A stretch of 64,000 nt of DNA, taken from a virus. Below are positions 47,701-57,104 of the stretch, in pieces (within the stretch, counting starts at the first letter, position 1; every line of letters begins with the position of its first letter). Location: IMG/VR virus record IMGVR_UViG_3300009008_000022, positions 17,459-81,458 of that record. The stretch is one strand, 5' to 3'. The notes under the pieces were generated by a model that was not told where the DNA came from, ran no database searches, and saw only the letters and a list, made by a program, of their open reading frames with translations. The position numbers and the translations under genes are program-made.

Positions 47701-49601
47701 AAGTGGACCCGGTGATTCATCATCGGTCGGCGCCGATGCTGCGCGCCATGGCCGGACAGAAGGCCAAAATGCCGGAGCCGGGAAGCATCACCGTCAACCT
47801 GGCAGAGCTGGCGAAGAAAACCGGAGCAGACTACCACGACAACCTAACCCTGGCGGCCAGCGTTGCTCAGGCTTTCTTGACGGGTAGCGACAACCTGCCC
47901 GTGATCCTGCCGATGCTGATTAAGCATGTGAAAAAGGATCAGGCCGCGATTGATGAAGGCCGGGAGAAGTGGGACAGCCTGCCCGCGGCGCTCAAATACG
48001 ACTACGCCAAGATGGCAGAGTTGCACGAGCGGCGCCGATCCGTACTGGATCAGGTTGAACCAGGGTGGGACCGTATGCCGGACAGCGAGGGCGGCGAAAG
48101 CCCTGGCGACAAGATGATGCGCATGACGCGCGAGGGTCCGAAGCTCACCGCGGAGGGGCTGTCTCCCGGCGGGCCGGAGCCAGCGCCGGCCGAGGTGGAG
48201 GCGAAACGCAAGGCGCTGCTAGACCGCGCGAAGGATCTGGAGCGGCGCTCTGACAGAGAGTTTGAGCAGGCGCGCGGCATAATCCAGCACCATACCGGGC
48301 AGCCTATCCAGGCGAGCGGGCACCATTCCAGGGGCCGGCACATGCGCGAGCTGGAGCGGCACGACGAGAAAGCCGCCCGAGCAATTCGGACGCAGAAGCA
48401 GGCCGAAGCTCTACGCGCCCGCGCTGAGCGGGTGGAGGATGAGCTGCGCGGTGCGCGCAAGGCGTCCGCCGGCAAGCCGGAGGCCAGCGGCGACAGATGG
48501 ATCCGCCTGGGCGAAGGGACCACGCGCCGGCAAGCCATGCGGGCAGCTCGCAAGGGCGACTTTGGACCGCCGGTGGGCAGGCAGGTTCAAAACGCGATCT
48601 GCATTGCCCTGGACGTAAACGGCCGGTGGTGGGTTGGGGAGCGCGGCACCTTGGAGGGCGGCAGCTCCGGCGGACACCCGCTTAGGCTTATCGCCTATAC
48701 AACGCCGAAGAAGGGCGCGAAGTGGGAGCCCACGGTGGGCAAGTATTCCGCCCGATCAATGGACGAGGCAGAGGAAACCGCCCGCAGTTATTTTGCCAGC
48801 CTGGCAGACGGCACCCGAGAGGTGACGATACCGGACAGCGACAAGATCAATCAGCCGCCGATAGACCTGGAGCACGACGGGTGGACCGCGGAGTCATGGC
48901 AGGCGTTCCGCCAGGGCGAGCTGGACGGCCAAGCCGAAGCGAAGCGGAAAGCAGAGGCAGAGCGCCAGGCCAGGGTTGAGGCGCAGGAGCGGCGAGAGGC
49001 CGAGGCAAGAGCCAAGCGCGAAGCGGAGGTTAAAAAGCGACAGCAGGAACAGGAGCGCAAGCGCCAGAAGCGGGTTGAGTCCGGCAAGCCAGCGCGGGCA
49101 TTGTGGGAGGGATTGCAGCCTGGCGATAAGTTCCAGTTTCCCCCCATGGGCGCCTATGGGGACTATGACCCGCACGTTTACGTTGTGAAAGCGGTGGGCC
49201 GAAGTGAGATAAGCGGGGAGCCGGAGATCGTTATCCGGCGGCACCGCGCCCGTAAAACCATGACGGCCACGATGGATGAGTTTGGGCATGTTTCCGCCAT
49301 TCCCGAGGGAAAGCAGAGCTGGCTGAGCCGAAGCCTGGGCAGGCCGGAGCCGTTTGAAAAGCCGAAGCCCGAGCCGGCCGGCACCATGGGGCCAGGCGCG
49401 CACCCTTACACCGCGGAGCTGCAAGCCAAACTGAAAGAGCTGGAGGCAATCTATCAAAAGCACAAGATCAAGGGGCCGAAGGCCGACCGCGTTATGGCGG
49501 CGTTTCGCGAGGTGGTGGTGGAGGTGTCTAACCTTCCGGCCGACGCGGACGTGGGCACGGCCAACAGCTTTTCCACACGAGCCCCGCGGTCCAGGGCGTA
49601 A
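44712..49601 (+). CDS. Giant modular protein C: GW/EYWYP module, ParB/Srx domain, DUF3560-like domain (continues in frame into D)
   Basis: DIKARGVQDPV...EGNHRIAAALEAG.KTIPV (45650-45860); GQPIQASGHHSRGRHMR (48200-48450). Confidence 0.75.
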   Translation: MDLNDLLQRGLRKAEQLDLFGPEQLTSDRGPRDTVKPATPRRVGKPGRGKRRKSKRVIPPHQGHMTPPGKGWQAIPRGKKGGFRRKGSNGKWEYWYPNRGITPSPHHKDIPDRPDPAKDPKGALAWWGMRLYEGTVNDEGFWQDHRRTTGARPRVYSLSWDYGRMSLALFDAVEGIPQQQRAAILEPTRERAHFPRDQFTDMAESYRRLEEYQVAVRLNAERRPAAPVEDVDAAVDSLQGVEPESAQGADVPHLEVEEYDGREGDPNHLTRKETGRVTPQSLAHLKGARKEHGYMRWHDGSAIGAKDPGEYFGRYTREKWEAFVADIKARGVQDPVFIVRNPEPGTRHDPAGTWVYEGNHRIAAALEAGVKTIPVEIRYFGHTERDGQAAPGWDRMPESEPAQGEPHEPGPDTFHGKLTALRAEAERLDLPTAARLLNPEGWPTDDEKLGSVLMDATAELGGLLVGEDTPDNRRRRELLIEGIKVWTKDGEYEPITSLHTSREDLQRLGFRTIAKFTDLKKLGYRIVQWARVVGEVYGDNKDMAGWEIVHEYDPMHPDAGSGAGLAGKRDHKTGDGLGYWEAPAPGDAPGMSPEAVRYTAPAGPATSKVHELLTGEATRLTLPGVDMKGTSVRKRGVNPADAMDRGRAERDKARRAQTSLGFDYSGDSPHHQAERARELSMGAAWAILNPDFEHTSTDVKRVRQQLADDAVELAKLQASEPDSEATRELAEMQKLRRAALRTVKPKGKRAAALTARGESKKKDPAAGIYERVAQASGSSAAWMVQSKAREVAHMQPGDHFMKPGGIYATAAKITSTHVIDTLGKKHTLASLFGLKLKDKDLVTLALAEGAKEPPPKRGPNPDWVAGWERMKPGDSFTLPADPRGLSYHGPVLAGAREYKVTRRVGDRTFEVEFQHPEGPITEAEARAAHVDHKGRPRGNSGLAYHGQKFRAEISRYHDGSWGVDLLDPNPTSYISAHPDGGGAAPTEQNNGGHEGIEVDPVIHHRSAPMLRAMAGQKAKMPEPGSITVNLAELAKKTGADYHDNLTLAASVAQAFLTGSDNLPVILPMLIKHVKKDQAAIDEGREKWDSLPAALKYDYAKMAELHERRRSVLDQVEPGWDRMPDSEGGESPGDKMMRMTREGPKLTAEGLSPGGPEPAPAEVEAKRKALLDRAKDLERRSDREFEQARGIIQHHTGQPIQASGHHSRGRHMRELERHDEKAARAIRTQKQAEALRARAERVEDELRGARKASAGKPEASGDRWIRLGEGTTRRQAMRAARKGDFGPPVGRQVQNAICIALDVNGRWWVGERGTLEGGSSGGHPLRLIAYTTPKKGAKWEPTVGKYSARSMDEAEETARSYFASLADGTREVTIPDSDKINQPPIDLEHDGWTAESWQAFRQGELDGQAEAKRKAEAERQARVEAQERREAEARAKREAEVKKRQQEQERKRQKRVESGKPARALWEGLQPGDKFQFPPMGAYGDYDPHVYVVKAVGRSEISGEPEIVIRRHRARKTMTATMDEFGHVSAIPEGKQSWLSRSLGRPEPFEKPKPEPAGTMGPGAHPYTAELQAKLKELEAIYQKHKIKGPKADRVMAAFREVVVEVSNLPADADVGTANSFSTRAPRSRA

Positions 49602-49628
49602 ACGGCCGCATGGAAGATCAACGAATAC

Positions 49629-52205
49629 ATGCGCGAGCTGGCGCAGCGGCGCACGGCCGCCAAGCGCAAGGCGGCGAAGAAAGCGGCGGCGCAACGGGAG
49701 GTAGAAGGCAAGGCCACCGAGGGCACCGCGCCCGCGGAGCTGGAGAGCACCGAGCCGTCCGAGTTGATGCGCAAGCCTGCTTACAAGGCGGCGCTGGACC
49801 TTCACGAGCATGTTAGCGAGCGGCGTATCCTCGACAGCTACACGATAGAGGACTATCCGATCTCCCGGCACCACCGCGGCGCGGTCAAGGTGTGGGTACA
49901 GCACCGGCCAGGCTACGGATGGCGCCTCATGCGGCAAACCTCGAAACCCTACGGAGGGTGGGCCAAGCCGAAAAATTGGGGCACCTACTCCCACAGCCCG
50001 ATTTACATCGTGGAGCCCAAGCCAGGATCCGATGAGCGCGGGATCGTGCTGCGCATACACGAGGAGTGGCACGCTGGCGCTACGCTGAGCACCATCACGG
50101 GCACACAGGTTATGGGCTGGTCAAACGACGACAGGGGAGGCAGCAACGACAATTCGCCCGACGTGAAGCTCGCCCACGAGATCAACGCCCTGGCGCGGTC
50201 CAGGCGCGTGGCCGAAGCGGCAGAGGTGGCGCCGGAGCAGGTAGCAGCTCAACAGGCAGAGAACCAGGAGCGCGCTATCGAGGCCGTAACCAGCAAGTTT
50301 GAGCGCGGCCTGGCGGAAGCGCGTCACCGGTTGGATCAGGTGCGCGGCACGGCAGACCCGAACCGGTTGGGCAGCCAGAAACGCCGGAGCTACGAAACGG
50401 CGTTGAGGATCCTGTCAGACTACGGCGTTGACTCCAGCACGGGCGAGATCAGCTCATGGGGCAAGTTGGGCAAGTGGGCCGCCAAGCTCGCCAGGTGGAC
50501 ACCGGACGCGCCCGCGCTGCCGGATAACGTCAACGCGCCCGCCCAGGGCGACCGGCCGAAAACCGGACCCGAGCGCATGGCAGAGCTGAAACGGATGCAG
50601 GATAACAAGCCCACGCCGCGGTTGACGCCGCACCAGCGGGCCATGGGCCAGTTCAATACGCCGCACCCGATTGCCTATCGCATGGCAGAGCTGGCCGGCG
50701 TGAAGGGAAAGACGGTGCTGGACCCGACCGCGGGAGAGGGCCGGCTGTTGCAGTACGCGCGTGAGCAAGGCGCGGACAAGGCGCACGGGTTTGAGATCGA
50801 CAGCAGCTTGACCGACTACGCCAGCCAGCACGGCGTATTGCACGCCGATTTTATGAGCGTGCCAGCGGCCAAAAACCAGGCGGACGTGGTGCTGCTAAAC
50901 CCGCCGTTTACGACTCGCGGCGGGCCGGATACCGCGGGGATCATGCGCAAGGCGCTGCATGATTGCTGGACCGGCGAAGGCCGCGCGGTGGTACTTCTGC
51001 CGGCTGGCCCGAGCGGGGAGAAGTTGATCGCGCCGTACCGCGATATGGTGGTAGATGAACATGATCTAGCTGACGATGCGTTCAGGCGCGAGGGAACTAG
51101 CGTGCGGTCCAGGCTGTATGTGCTGGAGAAGGAATCAACCGCCAAGTCCGAGCGGCTGATCTTGGAGGGCGAGCCGATGGAAAAATGGGATGGCTACCTA
51201 CTTCACAAGGGGCAGCGCCGGCCACCTGGCGCCGGCTGGCAGCCTGCACCCCACAGCAAAAAGGGCTACTGGCGAAAGCGTGGCCCTGGCAACCGTTGGG
51301 TGTACTGGAATCCAGCTCACGGCGTGCACCAGGAAGGCGGCGACCTGTTTAACCGCGGTGGTACAGAGGAAGTGGGCCGGCTGAAGCCAGAGGATAGCCA
51401 GCGCGAGGCAGAGCACCACGAGGCCATGACCGAGGTTATCCAGGCGCGCGAGCTGGCGAAGCGGACCAAGGCCAGGTTTGGCAACGGCAGCCACAGTGAG
51501 CGGGTAGCCGCGGCCCTGTCGCGTGGGGATCACGAGGCGGTGACGCGCACGCATAGCGCGGAGGCGGCGCACGCTACCACCACGGCAGAGCTGGACAAGA
51601 TTAAGGGCCAGATCGCGCGGAGCCGGGACATACACCGGATCCACGAGCTGCAAGACAAAGCACGGCGGATAGCCGCGGCCGGAACGGCGCTCATGCACCA
51701 CTACGAAACCCGCCAGGCCAGCCTGTTTGACGAGGACACTTCGATCCCCGAGGTGAAGCGGCTGAGCCGCGCGGAGCTGCATGATCATTCCGAGTCGTTG
51801 ATGGAGATTGAGCGGGCTGCGCAGCGCCACCACCGCAAGGGCAACGAGGACCAGGCCACCGCGGAGATCCGGCGTTTGGCCGATGCAAAAGACAAGCTCA
51901 AGGCAGAACTGCCGAAAGGTGAGTTTCAGAAGGTTCTGGATCGGTTTCAGGAAACCGTAGCGCGCGAGCAGCGCGAGCGGTGGAAGCGGCAACGCGAAGC
52001 CGGCAAGGGCAAGCGCAAGAAGGCGCCGCCGGTGGCGGACATGAGCCAGTCGAGCCTGGCCCTGGGCGGCAAGGGAGACAAGGGCGGCCAGCGCGAGGCG
52101 AAGTTGGAGCACGGCGGAAAGAAGCCGAAGCAAGCCAGGGCAACCCAGGGCAGCCTGTTCACCGATGGCGACCTGGGCGGCACCGGCCGGTTGCCGGGGT
52201 TTTAA
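49629..52205 (+). CDS. Modular protein D: N6-adenine methyltransferase plus GW module (probably the C-terminal part of protein C)
   Basis: QFNTP, VLDPTAGEG, FEID, VLLNPPF (50640-51135). Same frame as C after a single TAA; no evident RBS. Confidence 0.8.
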   Translation: MRELAQRRTAAKRKAAKKAAAQREVEGKATEGTAPAELESTEPSELMRKPAYKAALDLHEHVSERRILDSYTIEDYPISRHHRGAVKVWVQHRPGYGWRLMRQTSKPYGGWAKPKNWGTYSHSPIYIVEPKPGSDERGIVLRIHEEWHAGATLSTITGTQVMGWSNDDRGGSNDNSPDVKLAHEINALARSRRVAEAAEVAPEQVAAQQAENQERAIEAVTSKFERGLAEARHRLDQVRGTADPNRLGSQKRRSYETALRILSDYGVDSSTGEISSWGKLGKWAAKLARWTPDAPALPDNVNAPAQGDRPKTGPERMAELKRMQDNKPTPRLTPHQRAMGQFNTPHPIAYRMAELAGVKGKTVLDPTAGEGRLLQYAREQGADKAHGFEIDSSLTDYASQHGVLHADFMSVPAAKNQADVVLLNPPFTTRGGPDTAGIMRKALHDCWTGEGRAVVLLPAGPSGEKLIAPYRDMVVDEHDLADDAFRREGTSVRSRLYVLEKESTAKSERLILEGEPMEKWDGYLLHKGQRRPPGAGWQPAPHSKKGYWRKRGPGNRWVYWNPAHGVHQEGGDLFNRGGTEEVGRLKPEDSQREAEHHEAMTEVIQARELAKRTKARFGNGSHSERVAAALSRGDHEAVTRTHSAEAAHATTTAELDKIKGQIARSRDIHRIHELQDKARRIAAAGTALMHHYETRQASLFDEDTSIPEVKRLSRAELHDHSESLMEIERAAQRHHRKGNEDQATAEIRRLADAKDKLKAELPKGEFQKVLDRFQETVAREQRERWKRQREAGKGKRKKAPPVADMSQSSLALGGKGDKGGQREAKLEHGGKKPKQARATQGSLFTDGDLGGTGRLPGF

Positions 52206-55200
52206 GTGGGCCAGCAACAGCAACTTGGATTTGACTTTGGCGGCGAAAAAAAGCGCGTCAAGGTACTGAGCGCAGGCGGCGGCCTTGACTCCTGGGCAAT
52301 GTGGCTCAGGGCCAAGGCGCGCGGGGAGCTGCCGGATCTGGTTATTTTTGCGGACGTGGGAGATCCCGAGGGCAAGCACCCCGCGGAGTGGCCGAGCACC
52401 TACCAGCACTTGAGGGAGGTATTCCGGCCGGATGTTGAGGCGCAAGGCGTTGAGTTTAAGTGGCTGACCGCCGAGGACATACCCGTTCGATCCCACCGAA
52501 AGAGCTGCAAGAGTTGCGGGGAGCAGCACCCGGAGGGGTTTGACAGCCTGTATGCCTATCTCCGGCACATGCGAAACCTGCCAACTGGCTCGTCAAAAAT
52601 GTGCACCAGCGCGGGCAAGGTGGAGCGGATCGGCCAGTGGGTTGAGGACCGATACCCCGACGTAGACGAGATCGAAATGTGGATCGGGTACGGCGCAGAG
52701 GAAACCGGCCGCCTGAAGAAAAACAGGTACGCCCAGGGCCAGGGGCGGCGCGTCAACCGATACCCGTTGATTGAAGAAAAGCTCTGTCGGGAAAAAGAGC
52801 TGGTGATTGCCATGGCGAGCGGGCACCCCGTGCCGCGCAAGAGCGCGTGCGTTTACTGCCCGATGAGCAGCCGCGGTGACTTTCTCACGCTGCTTAAAGA
52901 GCAGCCCAAGATGTTCCAAATGACGCTGGACATGGAGGAAAACTCAAAGCTAACCGAAGCCCGACGCAAGCGATTGCGCTACTCCGGCACCGGCGAGCAT
53001 ATGCCGAACTTGCTTGAGTGGGTCACGAACACCGGCCGGTACGAATTTACGCCAACCGGACGCCGGACCAAGCCGTATATCTCCAGCCGAGACAAAGAGG
53101 ATTGCCCCTGTTGCGGGAACAAGAAAGCCAGCAAGGCGACAGGCTCAGACTACGCGCACGCTGGCACCGGCCGCGAGATCCCGGTTGACGTTACAGAGCT
53201 GGACGCGCCAGGGCACGTCATTGCGATCCATGTGGACAAAAAGACAGGCGAGCCATACGTCGATCACAAGCTCAATATCCCTTACATGGAGGAAGCCCAC
53301 GGCCCGATCACGCCGGAAACGCCGATCATAAACTACGGAACCAAGCCGATAGTGGGCCTGGAAACCACGTTTACGCCCCACATCCTGTACGTTGGCCCAC
53401 GGGGCGGCCGGTGGGCAGACCCGAAACACCGGATACATTGGGATCCGAAGGTGCACGGAACGGTGACAAGTCAAACCAGGCGGATAAAGAAAGCCGAGGT
53501 GATGCTCAAGGGCGGCAAGTTTCCAATCGGGACAATCCGCACCTGGCGGGACGGCAAGCGGTATAGAAAGGTCAGAGAGGGCCAGTGGCAAGAGGTAGCG
53601 CCAGCTCGCCAGGCACAGCAGCTCGATCTGTTTGCGGCCATGGATTCGCGCGTTACCGAAAAGGACCGCGAGCCGATTTGCAGCCGGCCGCCGCCGGTCA
53701 GTGTGCCACCGGAGATCAAAGACGCCCTGGACCGCGGCGGATACCTGATTATCAACAGCTCCGGCGGCAAGGACTCGCACGCGCTGACCTACGCCCTGGC
53801 GACCTGTCCCGAGCTGGCGGCCTACAAGGACCGCATGATCGTCTATCACGCGGACCTGGGCAGGGCCGAGTGGCCGGGAGCTGGTGCCAAGGCAGAGGAG
53901 ATCGCCAAGCAGTTCGGGTTGCCGTTCGTGAAGGTCAAGCGGGACGCGAGTATCAACCGGGAGACAGGCAAGCGGGAGGTGTGGGAAGGCGACATGCTAA
54001 CCCACATGGAGGAGCGGGCAGCCTGGCCTAGCATGACAACGCGAATTTGCACGTCCGCCTTAAAGACAGGCCCGATCTGGAAAGCCCTACGGCGCCGGTT
54101 TTCCAAGGAAGGCGTGCCGATTGTTTCCGCCCTGGGCGTGAGAAGGCAAGAGGGCGAAGGCGACAAGGTAAACGCGGGCAGCCGGTGGTTTGCAGAGGAG
54201 TGGCACCAGGGCGGCGACTTTGGAACAAAATCAGTCAAGGAGCCGGTGCGCCTTGAGGTGCGCGAGGTATCTCACGAGCTGGCGCCCTGGCCTAGCCCGA
54301 GCAAAAAGGATCTCCGCGCGGTGAAGCGGGGGACAGTAAACCGGTCTGTCAAGCGGGAAGCCTACGAATGGAATCCCCTTGTGGATTGGGATCTGTCGCA
54401 CGTTTGGGGGGCCACGCGCGAGTCCGGCGTGGATCGGCATTACGCCTACGATCTGGGGTCCAGCCGGTTGAGCTGCTTGTGGTGTCCGTTGTCCAGCCAG
54501 GCGGACAAGGTAGCCGCAGCCAAGGCCCACCCGGAGATATTGCGCCAGTGGCTTGACGCTGAGAACAAAATGCGCGCCACGCATGAGCAGCGCCGAGGAT
54601 TTTGGGCAGAGCACATAGACCGCGGCCAGGTTGAGGGCGGCATGGAAGTAACAGAGCCGAAAGACGGCGGTGTGCCCCTGTATGCGTTCGACGCGGCCAG
54701 AATGAGCCAGGCCGAGATCGTGGATATGAAGCGCAACGGGGGGAAGTACAGCAAGAAGCGCGGGACCGTCGAGATCCCCAAGCGATACCTCAAGCCGTTT
54801 CTGGAGTACGGCACGAAGGGCAACCAGGGCGAGAGCTTGCTTGCCTTAATGGCCCGGTTAGGCGTCACGCTGGAGAAGGCAGCCAGCGATCCGGCATTCG
54901 TGCGAGAGTTGGTCAAGCGAGCACGCGAGCACGGCCGCCAGATGGACCGCTACCAGCTCGCAGTCGAGCGGGTGATAGAGGTTAAGGACCGCGTTGCAAG
55001 GGCCAACGGCGCCACCAGAGAGCGCCTGTTGCGGCTGTATCAGCGGGAGATGGATCAGCTTGCCGGCATTGGCGCGCAGCTCAAGGGCTCGCACCCGTTC
55101 CCCTCGTCCGGCGAGGGCATAGCCAGGGAGCAGGCCGCGCGTAAGTCGCTGCTGGACCGCGGCCAGGCCGTAGCAGCTCGCATGGAGGAACGGATGGAGA

Positions 55201-57104
55201 AGGCGCGCAAGGCGCCAGAGAATCAGCTTGGGTTTGACTTTAGCAGCCATGAGCCGAAGCCGGCAGCCAAGGCAGCCAGAGCGGCCAAGCCGACCGGCGG
55301 CGAGTCGCACGCGCAGCTCTTAGGCATGGGCTGGCGCCCGATTGAGCACCCGCGGGGAGGCAAGCACGGCTACTTTAAGATCGTGGGCGGCAAGAGGCGG
55401 TATTACTACCCTGACTTTGTGCCACACGGGCACCACGGGCACCGGCCGCCGCCAACCGCCACAGACGGAGAGGAGTTGTTTAGGACCAAAGCCGCGCGCT
55501 GGTATGAGGATAAAAACGGCGTGCTGTTGGTAGTAGATCGCGATCCTTTCTATGATCCACCGCGCGGTTACGGCGTTTATCGGGCGAAGCCGATACCCCA
55601 CAAGGACACGCACCAGCTCAGACGACACCGGGGATTCTCTTTTCACCCCACGGCCGGAGAGGCGCAACACGCCCTGTCAATAAAAGCCGAGCGCGAGGGG
55701 TGGCGACACGTTCCCATGGACGAAATAAAAGAGGCGGCGGAAGCCAGGGCAAGGCCAGCGCCGAAGCCGAAGCCGAAGCCGGCGCCAGAGCCAGAGCCCC
55801 GGCAGGCCAGCCTTGCTTTTTCTCCAGGCGAAACGGTGGAGGTTGCACAGGCGACCTTTACGCCCAAGCGGGTGGGCAACACCATAGCCGCGGTGCGCGG
55901 TGAGGTGTTTCACGCCCTGGGCACGTCCGGCAATCAGTGGGAGGCGTTGATCCCGGTGGACTACGCCGATGATGGCAAGGGCGGTGCGTTCCCGGTTTAC
56001 AAGATGCCGAGCGGGTATCAGCTCGTTGACACGCACCTGAGATCGGCACACGCGGCGGGGGTGGACGGCACGAGCTGTCAGATATGCGGGACGCGGATCA
56101 AGAATGTTTGCCATATCGTGCACCACGACAAACGGATCCGGTTGGAGGTGGGCAGCGAGTGTGTTCAGAAGTTTTCCAACGCGGAAATGCCACAGCAGGC
56201 CCAGGCCGCGATCAAACTGCTCAAGATCAAGATCAAGCCGGAGGAGTTGCCCCACATTAACGAGCTGGCAGAGCGCGGCGTACCGATGGACGTGGCCGTT
56301 GTTCGCGCCAGGGCGCGCAGCGCGGCCGGCCGAGCTTGGGACAAGAAGCACAGCCCGCCCACCGCGGAGCAGGAACAGTGGTGGAGCACCATCGGCCAGG
56401 GCCAGCTAGAGGAAGCGCGCCGCGGCAAGCGTGGGGGCGGCTATGTGGCGGATCACCTGTATGAGCGGCTAATGCACCCGGCGCACGACGCACCAGGCAG
56501 CGGGCACAACGGCCTGGGCTGGCACAATTCCAGTTGGTCACGCACCAACCGCGGCGGCCGGTGGGAGTTGCACGAGGGGCTAACGCTGGCGGAAAACTAC
56601 GATGAGGCCCGCGCCGCGGCCATGGAAGCCAGAGAGGAGAAGGCCGCGATCAAGGCTTATCCCGAGCTGATCAAGTGGGCCACGATCCTGAAAGAAACCC
56701 GCGGTCACAAGCTCACCGATGCGCAGCGCGCGGAGATCCGCCAGGCGCACGACGCCGCTACAAAGTCCGGCGAAACCAGAGTGCCAGCCCAGACGGACCA
56801 TGATCGGCTAGTGGGCCTAAACGCCGTGGCAAAGCGCCGCGCCCAAGTGGCCTGGGATGATGAGCACGAATACCCGCGCCGTACCAATGAGGCCAAGGCC
56901 GCGCGAAACGCCTTGGAGGACTACTTTGAAGCGCAGGATAAGCTCCGGTCCTACACCGACTATGGCTATAGCCCGCCGGACGCCTTGAAGTATCGAGCCA
57001 GCGGCGAGTCAATCACGCGGTTTAGATACCTCGACGCGCTAGGGCCGAATGAGCGAGAATACTACCGGCAACGCTTGAAAGAGGCTGGTTTGGAGCTGAA
57101 ATGA
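52206..57104 (+). CDS. Giant modular protein E: two PAPS-reductase-like PP-loop domains, small W-rich modules, Zn-finger
   Basis: SAGGGLDS...KSACVYCP (52254-53030); SSGGKDS..HADLG..CTSALK..GVRRQE..RLSCLWCP (53740-54580); CQICG...VGSECV. Confidence 0.82.
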   Translation: MGQQQQLGFDFGGEKKRVKVLSAGGGLDSWAMWLRAKARGELPDLVIFADVGDPEGKHPAEWPSTYQHLREVFRPDVEAQGVEFKWLTAEDIPVRSHRKSCKSCGEQHPEGFDSLYAYLRHMRNLPTGSSKMCTSAGKVERIGQWVEDRYPDVDEIEMWIGYGAEETGRLKKNRYAQGQGRRVNRYPLIEEKLCREKELVIAMASGHPVPRKSACVYCPMSSRGDFLTLLKEQPKMFQMTLDMEENSKLTEARRKRLRYSGTGEHMPNLLEWVTNTGRYEFTPTGRRTKPYISSRDKEDCPCCGNKKASKATGSDYAHAGTGREIPVDVTELDAPGHVIAIHVDKKTGEPYVDHKLNIPYMEEAHGPITPETPIINYGTKPIVGLETTFTPHILYVGPRGGRWADPKHRIHWDPKVHGTVTSQTRRIKKAEVMLKGGKFPIGTIRTWRDGKRYRKVREGQWQEVAPARQAQQLDLFAAMDSRVTEKDREPICSRPPPVSVPPEIKDALDRGGYLIINSSGGKDSHALTYALATCPELAAYKDRMIVYHADLGRAEWPGAGAKAEEIAKQFGLPFVKVKRDASINRETGKREVWEGDMLTHMEERAAWPSMTTRICTSALKTGPIWKALRRRFSKEGVPIVSALGVRRQEGEGDKVNAGSRWFAEEWHQGGDFGTKSVKEPVRLEVREVSHELAPWPSPSKKDLRAVKRGTVNRSVKREAYEWNPLVDWDLSHVWGATRESGVDRHYAYDLGSSRLSCLWCPLSSQADKVAAAKAHPEILRQWLDAENKMRATHEQRRGFWAEHIDRGQVEGGMEVTEPKDGGVPLYAFDAARMSQAEIVDMKRNGGKYSKKRGTVEIPKRYLKPFLEYGTKGNQGESLLALMARLGVTLEKAASDPAFVRELVKRAREHGRQMDRYQLAVERVIEVKDRVARANGATRERLLRLYQREMDQLAGIGAQLKGSHPFPSSGEGIAREQAARKSLLDRGQAVAARMEERMEKARKAPENQLGFDFSSHEPKPAAKAARAAKPTGGESHAQLLGMGWRPIEHPRGGKHGYFKIVGGKRRYYYPDFVPHGHHGHRPPPTATDGEELFRTKAARWYEDKNGVLLVVDRDPFYDPPRGYGVYRAKPIPHKDTHQLRRHRGFSFHPTAGEAQHALSIKAEREGWRHVPMDEIKEAAEARARPAPKPKPKPAPEPEPRQASLAFSPGETVEVAQATFTPKRVGNTIAAVRGEVFHALGTSGNQWEALIPVDYADDGKGGAFPVYKMPSGYQLVDTHLRSAHAAGVDGTSCQICGTRIKNVCHIVHHDKRIRLEVGSECVQKFSNAEMPQQAQAAIKLLKIKIKPEELPHINELAERGVPMDVAVVRARARSAAGRAWDKKHSPPTAEQEQWWSTIGQGQLEEARRGKRGGGYVADHLYERLMHPAHDAPGSGHNGLGWHNSSWSRTNRGGRWELHEGLTLAENYDEARAAAMEAREEKAAIKAYPELIKWATILKETRGHKLTDAQRAEIRQAHDAATKSGETRVPAQTDHDRLVGLNAVAKRRAQVAWDDEHEYPRRTNEAKAARNALEDYFEAQDKLRSYTDYGYSPPDALKYRASGESITRFRYLDALGPNEREYYRQRLKEAGLELK

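Noticed and set aside
49599-49601. Genome-wide stop-codon reassignment
   Set aside because: TAA, TAG and TGA all end other well-defined genes; only this one in-frame stop is anomalous.
43580-54580. Auxiliary metabolic cysH (sulfate assimilation)
   Set aside because: The domains are embedded in polyproteins, lack the C-terminal ECGLH motif, and no other cys genes are present.
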